From Alloascoidea hylecoeti (taxonomy: Eukaryota): a DNA stretch of 53,507 nucleotides. A program made the translations under genes and the position numbers. The notes beneath the pieces are model-generated. The model was not told the origin of the DNA, made no database searches, and was given only the letters and a program-made list of their open reading frames with translations. The DNA is taken from the NCBI GenBank assembly GCA_001600815.1, contig BCKZ01000036.1, forward strand, positions 62,001 to 115,507. Reading direction: 5' to 3'. Every line of letters starts with the position of its first letter. The stretch's first letter is position 1. This document shows positions 1 to 11,829 of this stretch, piece by piece.

Positions 1-343
1 ATAGAAATAACGAAATAAATTGCCCCCCACCGAAATCTCCAATATAGTAGAAATATTGTAATCAACAGTTAAAGGATCAAAAATACAATAATTACAGGTC
101 ATAATCAGAAAATAAAATTGTCAATAACAATAATGTATATTAATTAGCTCTATATATATGATTTAAATAATATACATATATACATATACTTTCAATGATT
201 CAAACTAAGCTCCTCTCTGTTTTTATATCGGCTTCTCTCCATCCGATTTTTGGATTTTAATTACAGCTATATCCAAGCAAAGCTAAATACCAAATGTAAT
301 AAATCGTCAATGATTATAGAATATCAAACTATTGAAAACCTTT

Positions 344-2413
344 TTACCATACATCTTCTTGATATAAATTTTGAACTTTCATTTGTTTGAGTAATTCACC
401 AGCTTTTTGTTCACTTATATTTCGTTCGGTACTAATAATTTTTGATAAAGCAGCTTGAACATCTCTTGCCATTTTAGAAGCATCACCACAAACATAAAAA
501 TAAGCACCTTCTAATAACAAATCATTAACTAGTTTTGAATTTTCTAATAATTTATGTTGAACGTAAACTTTTTGATCAGTTTCTCTTGAAAAAGCAGTTA
601 TTAAATTGAATGAATCACCTAATGTTTGCTTATATTCTTCCCATTCATTTTTATATAAGAAATCTTCTGTTGATGTTCTTGATCCATAAAAAAATAATGT
701 TTTACCAATATTTGGAATACCTTGTTCAACTTGGGCAACACGATCTCTAATAAAACCTCTAAATGGTGCTGCTCCAGTTCCTGGACCAACCAAAATAACC
801 GGTTTACCTGGATTAGATGGTAATTTAAAAGTTGATCGACGAATATGAATAGGAAGTTTATAACCATTATATTTACCTCTTGGACCTTCCAGGTTAAAAG
901 TAAGATCTGTAGAACGAGGCTTTTCAGCGTTATAAGATTGTTTAATATTAAGAAGTAAATTTGTTGCAACACCTTTGACTAAATGATCAACATCAGGGTA
1001 TGTAGATGATTCAACAACAGCGGTAATATGTACCTTTTTAGGTTCTGATTTTGAAGAAGAAGAAATTGAATAGTATCTTGGCTGTAAAGATGGAACGTAT
1101 TCTATTAAAAAAGAAAAAGGAATATCAGACCATTCAATACCATTAGAAATATAGAGTAAAGCGCGAGCAATATTGAGATACTTGGAAGTAATTCTAGTTT
1201 GAAATAAATCTTTATCAGAACCAAATTTAAGAGCCTTTTGTTTAGCATCAGAATTTGGGGCAAAAGCAGCAACAGATAATAAGAATTGACGAGAAACAGG
1301 ACCATTTATTTCCAAGAAATATCTAATAACAGCTTCATATGTAGTAGGAGTTGGGAATGATAAAGTAGCGGTAGAATCAAGTTTTTCAACATCAATAACA
1401 GTTTCTCTCTTCTTATCCAAACCAACAGTAGTTAAAAACAAATCAACTTCTTCATTTGAATTAGAAGGCCAAATAGCAACATGATCACCAGTAGTATACT
1501 TCAATCCAGAATCGGCTAAATCAATTTCAGCATGAATACAATTACGATGATCAGATTTAAACAATTCTTTAACATTTGAAAATGTAGCAATATAAGGATT
1601 TGCATGCGTATAAGGACCTTTTACAGTTTCAAGAGATAAATGACGTTTTGTTGGCTCACCGACGAAAACAGCATCATCTTCCTCGGCGCTAACTTCTAAT
1701 TTATTAATCTTTAAAGTAGGCTCATAAATACCTTCCTTTTCATTAAGATGTTTTTCCTTTTTCCAAGAAGAAAATACTTCATCTTTCCAAGATAAATAAT
1801 CTTCATCCATTGTAGCAGCACCATCATCACCTTCACCATGTGGACCAATTCTATGAGCACCAAACTTTTGTAATAACTCATCGACATTTCTACCCATTGC
1901 ATTATAAAACTCATAAGTTGAATTACCAAGACCAAAAATAACATAATTTAAATTTTCTAAAGTTTGACCCCCATTTGAAAATTCAACATCTTCTTCACTT
2001 AAGAATTCATAGAAAGCAATAGCATTATCAGTTGGTTCACCTTCGCCATAAGTTGCTAAAAAGAACACGGCAACGTTATCTTCCGGTATTTGATCTAAAG
2101 TTTCGAATGCATACTCCTCAGTATCAGCAATCATTGGTTTGAGACCAAACCTTTGAGATGCTTCTTTTGAAAATCTTGAAGCATAATCTTCAGCAGTACC
2201 AGTTTGAGAACCATAAAAGATAATAACGTTTTTATCATTTTCACTTAGTTTTTCCGCTATGCTGTCGGTACCAGCACCTCCAGCAGACGCAACATTTGTG
2301 TTCGTGTCAAATTCCAAGCTTTTTCCCCAAAGAGAGCCTTTCGTGAAGTAAAGAGCGGTGGCAAGGAAGAGAGCTGACAGAACAGCCAGATCCAACGTAT
2401 CAAGAGAAGACAT
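344..2413 (-). CDS. NCP1: NADPH-cytochrome P450 reductase
   Basis: 689 aa; N-terminal TM anchor, FMN motifs YGSQTGTAE and ATYGEGEPTDNA, FAD motif QPRYYSISSS, GPGTG, YVCGDA, C-terminal YQEDVW. Confidence 0.98.
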   Translation of the reverse strand: MSSLDTLDLAVLSALFLATALYFTKGSLWGKSLEFDTNTNVASAGGAGTDSIAEKLSENDKNVIIFYGSQTGTAEDYASRFSKEASQRFGLKPMIADTEEYAFETLDQIPEDNVAVFFLATYGEGEPTDNAIAFYEFLSEEDVEFSNGGQTLENLNYVIFGLGNSTYEFYNAMGRNVDELLQKFGAHRIGPHGEGDDGAATMDEDYLSWKDEVFSSWKKEKHLNEKEGIYEPTLKINKLEVSAEEDDAVFVGEPTKRHLSLETVKGPYTHANPYIATFSNVKELFKSDHRNCIHAEIDLADSGLKYTTGDHVAIWPSNSNEEVDLFLTTVGLDKKRETVIDVEKLDSTATLSFPTPTTYEAVIRYFLEINGPVSRQFLLSVAAFAPNSDAKQKALKFGSDKDLFQTRITSKYLNIARALLYISNGIEWSDIPFSFLIEYVPSLQPRYYSISSSSKSEPKKVHITAVVESSTYPDVDHLVKGVATNLLLNIKQSYNAEKPRSTDLTFNLEGPRGKYNGYKLPIHIRRSTFKLPSNPGKPVILVGPGTGAAPFRGFIRDRVAQVEQGIPNIGKTLFFYGSRTSTEDFLYKNEWEEYKQTLGDSFNLITAFSRETDQKVYVQHKLLENSKLVNDLLLEGAYFYVCGDASKMARDVQAALSKIISTERNISEQKAGELLKQMKVQNLYQEDVW

Positions 2414-2619
2414 TGATAAAAAGTGAGAAAAGAAAGAAGTTTGGGAGTAAAGAGCATTATATAAGAGAGCTTATTACAATGAATGTTCGGAGGTTCCGCA
2501 GATTCGTTGATCTGGGACCGGGCCGGATCTGATGACACCCGTTCATACGCGCCCCGCATCAAAAGTAGCTAACAAAACCAACAAAATATGAGCTCACTAA
2601 CTAACTGTAAACGAACTAA

Positions 2620-3777
2620 CTAAGCAACTGCTAACGAATTTTCCAACTTCTCTTCCATTCGCTCATCCCAATCTTCTCCATAAATCATTTTGGCTACTCC
2701 TATAATACTCTCCCTGCTAAACTCCCCTAATGCTCGTTGATCTAATACATAGATACACATTATCTCTTCTCCTCCTCCTCCAATTTCCTTTCGTTGTGAA
2801 ACATACCCTTGTTTCTCCATCCTATCTAACCAATCATCCAATTTAACTCCATATGCCCCCAAAATTGGGGTGGTAATGTGTTTTATATCCTCTTGAGGAT
2901 CACACAAAAATACCTTCCGTAAATATTTCTTCAATGCGTTTGAATTAATGTAGTTACCACTTAAAGCGATAATTACAACAACACATAATACAAAACCAGA
3001 ATATGAAAGGTCTTTATTGTTAAATGGAACTGAAGATGATTTAGCAAGTGAAATAGTATGAGATTGAATATCTGGGAACCTTGGCCCATTTTCGGAAACT
3101 AATTGCATAAAATCAGCCCCTAAAGATTCATAATATTTACCAGGAAGCATTTTGGTAAGAATATATTGGGTACTTGTTTTTGCCTTTGTTATTGGCGTTG
3201 GAGGTGTATTATTTATAGGTTCATTATTTTCATGTTCAACATTTTGAGTTCCTTGAGTGGCTTTATTTTTCCCTTTCTTTCGTTTTTGATCTTTTTGTAA
3301 TTGTTGTTGTTCTTTTATCAATCTATCTTTTACCTCTTTACCACTTGCAACTTTTTCAGGTGCTTCAATTAATTCCATTCCAAAAATATCTCTTAATTTT
3401 TCTTGTGCAATATTGAAAATTGTATCATAAGTGAAAATTCTTGTTGATTCATTAGCCCAAACCATCTTACTAAGTTTAGAACCATTTATAACTGATCGTT
3501 GATGTTCCAAGGCGAAACAAGCCCTTAAAAATAATTGAGCTAATTTATTCTTCTTATCGTCAAATGAATCTATACCCCAATCATTATTTGAATGTGGTAT
3601 ATTATTCGAAGTGGATTGATAGGGAGATTGTGAGTTCATTGACACTCGGCGGTGAGTTAGAGTTGGTTCCTCATAATCTTCATCATCTACAATCTTAAAA
3701 AATCAGATACTCTCTTGAAACATAAGAATTATGAAAACAATAATACTTACTCTTCGTGCTCTTTTACGCGACGACAT
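2620..3777 (-). CDS. NSE3: Smc5/6 complex MAGE-domain subunit; exons 3777-3751 and 3693-2620
   Basis: MAGE-like segments (AQEKLRDIFGMELIE, TQYIL, YSGFVLCVVVIIALSG, RMEKQGYV, RALGEF); ATG exon MSSRKRARR followed by GTAAGT...AAG intron 3750-3694 that restores frame. Confidence 0.82.
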
Positions 3778-3824
3778 TTCGTTTTTGGTGTTTATGAAAT
3801 TAGCGTTTGATGTTTGTGTATGCA

Positions 3825-3832
3825 TTACCCGG
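3825..3832. promoter_or_regulatory. Reb1-type site TTACCCGG upstream of NSE3
   Basis: Exact match to yeast Reb1 consensus ~50 bp upstream of the ATG; same motif recurs at 11983 and 29665. Confidence 0.55.
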
Positions 3833-4411
3833 ACTTTGTTGTGTATTTTCAGGACCCGGGACAAGAAGATGAGAACGGGTGTGCTAAGGATCATGTCATA
3901 TTATTTTTTCAGGGCCAAATCGGGATTTGATTTCCGTTTTTAACTCCTCCCAAAAACTGTCTTTGTGTTTTACAGCTAATTTCTTAGGATAATTATATAA
4001 TTAACACATTAATGTCCGTTTATTATTTTATCAATATTTAGTTATTGATAGAGAAAACAGATTCTTTTAAATAGCGGAATATATTTATGATTACTGCTTT
4101 TTACGGGTTTGTTTACTGAAATTTTATCTGTTTAAATCAATTTTCGGATTTATTTTTGTTCAGATAGATCCTAAATTATTATATCCTTGTTGGCGGTTAA
4201 GTTCAGAGATCTCCTCAAAGGAACGCACTTTCAATTTCATCACATTCGGCACCTCCGTTTTCAACATAAACTGATATTTTTTTATCTTCTTTTCTTTTTG
4301 GTTTAGATTTTAATATTTCAGGAAATAAGGATCAGAGGAATACGCAAAGATTAAGGTATCGAACACACTATAAAGTTTAAAAGATAACGCGGGTATTGGT
4401 GAAAATGCTCC

Positions 4412-4421
4412 TTTTCACATG
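4412..4421. promoter_or_regulatory. ICRE/UAS-INO-like element TTTTCACATG
   Basis: Matches WYTTCAYRTG; related copies at 4862-4870 (CATGTGAAA) and 5335-5344 (GCTTCACGTG) in the long spacer upstream of the IMPase gene. Confidence 0.35.
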
Positions 4422-6977
4422 CGAGTTTATATAGATAAGTCTAATATTCAACCTTTAGACAGGGTCCAATAATCCAATTGCAATTGTTTAGATCTTATCG
4501 TAGTCTATAATTAGTCCTGTATTTAAACTTGAGATGGTTACGATTAATATTGAAAAACATATAGATTAATTAACACAAACCTACAATCCACCGCAAAATA
4601 TCTCAATAATATTAATATGTTATTTTTTAATTAAAGGAATTTTAAAGAATTCATATGGAAATTGAATGAATATATTAATTTGAAATCATTACGTAATTAC
4701 TACCATCTATAACCATGTAAGGTTTATAACTGGATTTAATCATCAAATTATAATGATCAGTGAGGGTTTCTGATAGAATGTTGGGTTCCGAACAAAAGAT
4801 TCACTATGTGATATTAAGATGTTTTCTCTTCATCCACGGAAAAACTCCAATTAGCGCCTGGCATGTGAAAGTTGTATCCACTTAGAAATCGTGCATAATG
4901 GTAGATACATTTCTAGAGGGTAAACGACAAGAAATCTTTAATGAAAATACAAATGATCATGATCATTTCTACAAAATATAATTAGAAATGTGAGCTAAAG
5001 AGGTGAATCATGTTGAAATAGAATTTAATTCTAAAATGTTTTACCAAGAAAATATTGACTTTTAAACTGTTTTATGCATGTGATGAACTGCGGCTGAAGA
5101 TTAAGGGAAGTTTGATGTGTAGAAGATTGACATGAGTCCATTATCAATGATAAGAAATAATTATATATGCACCAAAAACGTTTTTGTATAAAAATCCAAT
5201 GAGTACAATGGAATAATTGGATGTGCGGCAGGAACAGAGAATAATCCATAGATGAGATTACATCATTTTTGAAAAAATATAGTCTGGTAAATCAGTGTTT
5301 GAATTCAATAATAGTTTTTGAACATGTATATTAGGCTTCACGTGGGTGTTTAAAACTAGAATAACTTAACACGTTCCTAAAATTGTCTTTTATGTAAACT
5401 GTTTAACGACACCGTTCCAACTTAAGTCTAGAATACTCCTTAAAACCATAATGTATCTTACTCGAGAGGGGATATATTACATGAATAAGATATATTTGTG
5501 CAATCAACTTTAATTATCCACTTATCGGCCAGGATAGATCCACGTTTTGATGATAAACGTGTGAGTAATAATTGAGTATGATAAAGATAAGAGCTTTTAT
5601 ACAGTCACTTGAGGTCTCCTTGAAATAGCCAAGAGATTCGGACATATGGGGGAGATACGGTTAATAGACTATATGCACCTTACAGTAGTGCAGTCAGTAA
5701 GTGTAGGTTTGGAAAACAAAATGGATTACTTCCTTTTGTACAAGAAAAATACTTTTCATAAATTTAAAAAAGATTAATCCATCATATCAATTATAATTAG
5801 TTGTTAAGGTAAAAAACAATTAGCGAGAATAATCGTAAATAAAATTTACAGTAAATGGCATGCAAGAAATATGAATTCGAAGAGAACGATTCGCTCCTTA
5901 AAATTTCTCACATAAACAGGATCCTGAACCAATCAGTTCCAGAAAATAATATTTCGTCATTTTGGCCTAATTTCGTAAGAACATCGATTTTATCTTGTCG
6001 TGACTTTTTAAGCTTTAGCTGACAAATAAAAGTAATTTAGCCGCATATTTACTTTGATACTCTAGTGTCCCAATGTATTTCGTATCAAAATATATTTTCA
6101 TGGATAATAATGACTTCAACATTATATGAATATAATATAGTCTCTAGAGTAACAAACTCGGGCTTTAGACTAATTGTATATACTTAATATCTGAATTTTT
6201 TATCATTTTGATTTCTTGTGGTCCTTATCATGATCCAACTTAATGACATCAGCAGCTCGATTATAAGATACCTTTTTGTCCAATAAAAGATTTTTCTCAT
6301 TTCAATCAGCTCATAATCAAACAAATATATTCATCTGTAATTATCAAGAAGGTCATATTCCATAGTAACTGTTTTAATCTCTATTGATTTTATGATGATA
6401 TGAACGATAAAACCGTTCGCACATACCGTTTTCGGAAGCCTACATATATCCTACTTAATGCCAAGTTTCTTTTCATCATGATTAGCTACAGGTTCAAAAG
6501 TCAAAAAGTGAAAAAAAAAAATAATCAATCATCTTATTCCACGACAGGCGTCATTATAAAATCTTTGGAAAAAGAAAAATATCCTATTCATCCTATTCGT
6601 GGAATGAATGTGGACATTGAAAGAAAATCTTGACATATGCATGCGTTCATGATCATATTCTTATTTAGATAACAACAAATTGCAATCAATCGATACATCT
6701 AAGAGTTAAGTTAGAGGCTGTGAATATATTGGTGATCTTCCTGTTTTTCTCTTTTTAGCTGAAAACCTAATGAGTCGAAAATATAATAATGGATTTTGGA
6801 TTTTGTGATGTCATGTCCATCCAGCGACACGTGCGTCAGCCGCTTTAATAGTTTAGATAAGATGCGTTATCTTTATGTGGTATTCTTATAAATAGTGGTT
6901 CCCTCCTTTTTTCTTCTTCTTTTATTCAACCAATTAATTGTTTTTAGCTTTTTCGCTCATCTCTTCAATTTTATTCA

Positions 6978-7844
6978 ATGGTACAAGAAGTAAACTACGA
7001 ATTAATTAAAGATGCTCTTGTCGATGCCGCTATTTATGCTGGCAAAATTATAAAAGAATTTTCTGGTAAAATGGATTATTCAAGTAAAGGCAATGTTGAT
7101 TTTGTTACTGAAATCGATCAAAAAATTGAAAAAATAATTCATAAGACTTTAACTTCTCAATTTCCCCAATTTCAGTTTTATGGCGAAGAATCTTATGTAC
7201 CTGGTAAAACTAAATTAACTGATGATCCAACTTTTGTTGTTGATCCAATTGACGGGACTACTAATTTCATTCATGGTTCTCCTTTTTCTTGTACTTCATT
7301 AGGATTTGTTGTTAATAAAATCCCTGTCATTGGTGTAATTTATAATCCACATTTAGATGAATTATACACTGCTATTAAAGGTAAAGGGGCTTATTTAAAT
7401 GGAAAACGAATTCCTATCACTCATAAACCTTTAAGCTTACGTACTAGTTTAATGGCAATTGAATGGGGGGTTGAAAGGCATGGAAACAACTTCGATGTTA
7501 AAACAAAAACCTTTAAAAATTTAGCTCATGGAAAAGGTGATGCAAAACCAATGGTTCACGGTTTTAGAAGTACTGGTTCTGCTGCGATGAATGTTGTACA
7601 TGTTGCAACTGGTTTAGTTGATGGTTATTGGCAAGCCGGGTGTTGGGCCTGGGATATTTGTGCTGGATGGATCATTTTGGAAGAAACTGGAGGGAAGGTG
7701 TTTGGTGCCAATCCTGGCGAATGGGATGTTTCCGTTGATCGGAGAGCTTATTTATTTGTAAGAGGGGGTACTCATGAGGAGCAAACTGCTTTTATTGAAG
7801 ATGTTTGGGATAATGTTGGTGGTGAAGTTCATTACGATGTCTAA
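6978..7844 (+). CDS. Inositol monophosphatase (INM1/INM2 family)
   Basis: 288 aa; DFVTEID, GEES, VDPIDGTTNF, GSAA, WAWDICAG motifs. Confidence 0.96.
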   Translation: MVQEVNYELIKDALVDAAIYAGKIIKEFSGKMDYSSKGNVDFVTEIDQKIEKIIHKTLTSQFPQFQFYGEESYVPGKTKLTDDPTFVVDPIDGTTNFIHGSPFSCTSLGFVVNKIPVIGVIYNPHLDELYTAIKGKGAYLNGKRIPITHKPLSLRTSLMAIEWGVERHGNNFDVKTKTFKNLAHGKGDAKPMVHGFRSTGSAAMNVVHVATGLVDGYWQAGCWAWDICAGWIILEETGGKVFGANPGEWDVSVDRRAYLFVRGGTHEEQTAFIEDVWDNVGGEVHYDV

Positions 7845-8339
7845 TTCTATTATTTGCAAGTAATACGTCGATGAACTGTTTGGTTATATTATAAATTTAC
7901 GATTGATTTATCGCATTTAAAGAAAATATATATAATAGTGATGCTCTTAGATTAATTTAATCGAATTATCTCAGGTCTAAAATTTTTAGATGAAACAAAA
8001 TTGATGTAGAATTTTTGTAGATCAATTGCTATAATGTTAATTAGGTTAATGTAAATATGATATTTTTTTATGTCAGTTCTCATTAAGTTTAATCGGATAT
8101 TAAGTTTTTTTCCTAACAATACATGCTGTTGCTGTGTTATAAGAATATGATAAATTTGAATTTATATTTTAATTACAACTCAATTAGAAAGTTTTTCAAC
8201 CAATTATAATCATGGCAAACATTCAAAAGAGAATAGTTTTGCAATCTTGCTTAGAAATATGAATCAAAGTTAGATTTTGGGCAATCAAGTTAAACTTAAG
8301 TTTTAAATCTTAACCACACTGAACTTTTTTAGTTGTTAA

Positions 8340-9606
8340 AGTTTGGATTACCTCATTATCTCTGCCACTCTATGTAGTCAAATTGAATTTTATGAAATAA
8401 ATTGTTGGATATTATTAAATAGGCATCAAATTTCTAATGATAAAGGATTAGGAAGTTCAAATTATATTAGTTTTAATTTTTTTTATGATACTAACAAATC
8501 AATTATTATACAGCATGAATATAGAACTATTTTTGATGGAATTGAGGTAAATTCACCACATTATTTAGTTAAATTAAAAATTCCAGTAAAAACTTCTTAT
8601 ACTTTGGTTATTGTTACATGAAAAAAAGATATCAGTTAGATCTTTTACATTATTAACTTATCCATCATCACCATTAATAGTTACAAAAATTAAAAATAAT
8701 TCTTCGATATCAAATTTAATTAAAATTGATTCAAAATGGGATTTAGATTCAAGTGGTGGTAATTGGATAAATTATTCATATTTAAAAAATCCTCAATTTT
8801 TAATAAATTGTAAAAAATCAATTTTAAATATGGCAATTTATTTATTTACAGATGAATCAATATTAATTAATTTACAATTATTTTGGGGTATTAAAAATGA
8901 AAAAAATCANGTNAAAAGAATTGAAACTTTTGAAAGTAAATATATTGTTTGTAAAGGTGATAAATATCAACCTGGTAATATGTTCATAACAACTGGTTTA
9001 GAAACTTTATTACCAAAAGGGGATTATATATTAGTTGTTTCTACTTATGAACCAAATATACAAACTGATTTTAAACTTTTAATACGTTCAAATAATGAAG
9101 ATAATGATGAAGATAATGACGAGGATGGTGGAATATCAGTGAAATTATTAACTCCAAGAAATTTTGGTAATTTTATAACGGAAAAGGTACTTGATTGGAA
9201 TGGATCTAATCGTTTTGAAATACCTTTCAACACCAACAGAAAAAGTCAAATAAAGTNAGTAAAGAATAACANTTCTTCATATGATTATAACTAACTATAA
9301 ATTTCNAGCATATCTGTTCATTCTATAGAAGGAACAAACGCTTCTTCATATCAAAATTATCGTCCATCAATTCGTACTTCATTATTCCAATTGCCAAGAA
9401 CAGAAGAACATTTTAATGAACCNAAATTAATTCAACATTCACCAGAAGATGAATCATTTAGTGATACAGTATTTGGGTGTTTCATGGATGATTTGGAAAT
9501 ACAAGGAGAAGTCNATTATATTTGTTTAATTGAGCGTATGGAAACGGGTTTTGGGAAAGTTGTTTTGGAAATTGGAAGTGAATTTCCAATAAATTTAAAT
9601 TTATAA
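8340..9606 (+). pseudogene. RIM13: 5'-truncated RIM13/PalB calpain-like protease fragment (C-terminal C2-like domains only); intron 9255-9308; frameshift near 8615
   Basis: CWILLNRH...VNSPHYLVKL...YTLVI, then W...SSGGNW...YLKNPQF, YILVVSTYEP, YRPSIRTSLF; GTnAGT...ACTAAC...CnAG intron joins the last two ORFs in frame; no room for the catalytic domain upstream. Confidence 0.8.
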
Positions 9607-9882
9607 TAAATTAACAAGATAAACAAAATTTAATTATAAAATTTAATAAGATAAATAATTGTTTTTCATGTCAATGAAGCTTCAATTCCAGGTCATAATT
9701 ATGTTGGACATAATCCATATGTGTTGAAATTTTTATGAAAAATAATAGACCGTATATTAAAAAACTCTGTATTTTTAAATAGCGATGGTTATAACGAATG
9801 TATAGAGATATATGCGGTTAAATAAAATATATGTTGTACAGTAAACAGGATATAATAAATATACACATAATAATACTTGATT

Positions 9883-11829
9883 TTATTGATTTCTTTTTCT
9901 CTTTGTGAGCTTCCGTTTTTTATTCTTATTTATAAGTTCTTCAAGTTCTGTTTCCTTTTTTGCTATGCATGTTTTTTTACAAGATTCTAGCCTTTCCTCA
10001 TCTCCATCCTCCTGTAGACCTCCAGAGATATTGTTTGTGCTACCAAATCCAAAATCAAGGAAATAAATTTCTCCCTTTGGAGTTTCTATCATATTTTCTA
10101 ACCGGATGTCTCCATGGACTATATGCAATGAATGCATATAGATCAGATTCTCTTCGGCAGTATCATATGAGGTTTCAATATCCAACTTGGGTGGAACACC
10201 CGAAATCAACTCTAGGAGCAAATATAATCCTGAACTTATCAGTACTTCTTCTTTTTGATGATAATTTATTAAATTACAATATCCAAAACCAAAAATCTCA
10301 GGAGAAATTTTTTTAAAATTATGTTCAGCTTTTTGTCTTGATAAAATGTTATAGCATTCTACTTCAGATGTAAAATAGCGGTTGCATTTTTCTGCCATAA
10401 TAGCTAAAGGAACAGATCGGCGAACCTGGACTGGGTCAATTATTTTTAAAACGAAATCTCCATTGGGAAGATTGGGCATCTCTTCTCTCCCTTGACCAGT
10501 TAAAATTCCAAATGATCTCTTATTCAAAATGAACACATGAGAGTTTTTAACATTATCTGTTCTAAATTGGAGAGGTTTCATATATTTTTCATCATATCTA
10601 ATTTTTAGATCCATATCACAAGTCCCTATGGTTGTTGTCGATTTTAAAAAGTCCGTTTTTGCAAAGTTTTCTTTTAAACTTTTTCTCACTTTTTCATGTT
10701 CCACAATGAATTCCTTCGAAGATTTAAAAAGTTTATAACATAATGCATTATCGTTATTTTCAACTCCATTTCTTTTTTTATCTATAAAATTATCCANAGC
10801 CTTCTTTAAAAAACATATAAAATAAGATATGATATTATTATCTGTTGTTTTGAAGATTTTAAATTTTATTTTAACATTTTGAAAAAATTCTTCATTTTCC
10901 TCGTACTTGCTTGTATCTTGTTCCTCAGTTGGAAGGACTTCAATGAAACAAATCACGTTTAAATCAGCGAGGATACCAAAATTTATCTGGAGGGTAATTG
11001 CTTGATGTATGACCTCAGACACAACCTTTGAGAAGTTCTCTTTGGGGACGAATGGGTTGAAGCTCGATATCGAATCTGTTAGTGGCCCTCTTTTCACTTC
11101 TATCGTCACTATAGGTTCCACTTCATTTTCAGGTATTATGATATATTCTGAGACAGTCTCCAGATCTAAAGGAGCACCACTTTTAGGATTGAAAAAGGCT
11201 GATTTTTCCGATACAATTTCCACATCTTCTGTCTCAGTCAATAAATTAAAGAGAGCTATACCTGGTTCAAATAATTTTGAGAGTAGGAAAGTTGATATGT
11301 CCCTCTCATTCAATTGGGGATTAGTTTTAACCGCTGGCGTGATGAACCTACCTACAATAACCTGAAGAGCAGTCCCTTGGTCTTTACTCAATGCAGATTC
11401 CAGCCACATTTTTTCGCTGCTTAAATCAATTTCTGACTCCAGAATCAATCTAATTTTTGTTAAATAGTCTGACATTCTGTTTAANTTTTGAGTGTAGCTG
11501 CTAGCACTACTGACACCTTTTTCTGTAAATGTCGATGTAATTTGAGAACCATNTTGCCTCATCATGTTTTTATTTATAGGGCTCTTTTTTGAAAATAGAC
11601 CAGTTATAGGGAGGTTTAACAGGAATTGCTTCATATGAAGCTGACTGACGGGGTTGTTAAAGAAGAATTCTTCGAAGAAATTTTGAAATGATTTCAAATT
11701 CGTATGTTCGTTTAGATTACCAAAGAATTTTTCCAAGTTGATTTCNTGAATTTTACTATCGCCGCACTTCTCTGCATTTTCTGAGACTTCCCGTTTAAAC
11801 AGGTTGAAACCCTCGTTGAAATCCTTCAT
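9883..11829 (-). CDS. PD-(D/E)XK-like nuclease fold plus C-terminal kinase-like domain (Crinkler/Spok-type architecture), ~648 aa from first ATG
   Basis: Kinase motifs VLK, SEVECY, YLLLELI, HGDIRLEN, FLDFG; central YIII...PIVTIEVKR...VIHQAI...FGILADL pattern; ORF-track start 11883 is TTG, first ATG at 11829. Confidence 0.8.
   Translation of the reverse strand: MKDFNEGFNLFKREVSENAEKCGDSKIXEINLEKFFGNLNEHTNLKSFQNFFEEFFFNNPVSQLHMKQFLLNLPITGLFSKKSPINKNMMRQXGSQITSTFTEKGVSSASSYTQXLNRMSDYLTKIRLILESEIDLSSEKMWLESALSKDQGTALQVIVGRFITPAVKTNPQLNERDISTFLLSKLFEPGIALFNLLTETEDVEIVSEKSAFFNPKSGAPLDLETVSEYIIIPENEVEPIVTIEVKRGPLTDSISSFNPFVPKENFSKVVSEVIHQAITLQINFGILADLNVICFIEVLPTEEQDTSKYEENEEFFQNVKIKFKIFKTTDNNIISYFICFLKKAXDNFIDKKRNGVENNDNALCYKLFKSSKEFIVEHEKVRKSLKENFAKTDFLKSTTTIGTCDMDLKIRYDEKYMKPLQFRTDNVKNSHVFILNKRSFGILTGQGREEMPNLPNGDFVLKIIDPVQVRRSVPLAIMAEKCNRYFTSEVECYNILSRQKAEHNFKKISPEIFGFGYCNLINYHQKEEVLISSGLYLLLELISGVPPKLDIETSYDTAEENLIYMHSLHIVHGDIRLENMIETPKGEIYFLDFGFGSTNNISGGLQEDGDEERLESCKKTCIAKKETELEELINKNKKRKLTKRKRNQ

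Noticed and set aside
619..1944. Short alternative-frame ORFs inside NCP1 (and similar ones within MSN5, kinase, ORC2, Artemis, HEM13, F-box, CTNNBL1)
   Set aside because: Shadow/antisense ORFs produced by AT-rich codon bias of the real genes; no motifs
2257..2562. 101 aa ORF overlapping the NCP1 start
   Set aside because: Different frame over the NCP1 promoter/5' end in a GC-rich patch; no recognisable protein
8403..8414. TGTTGGATATTA identical to LTR-like start at 50988
   Set aside because: Here it encodes conserved CWIL of Rim13; 12-bp AT-rich match is likely coincidence
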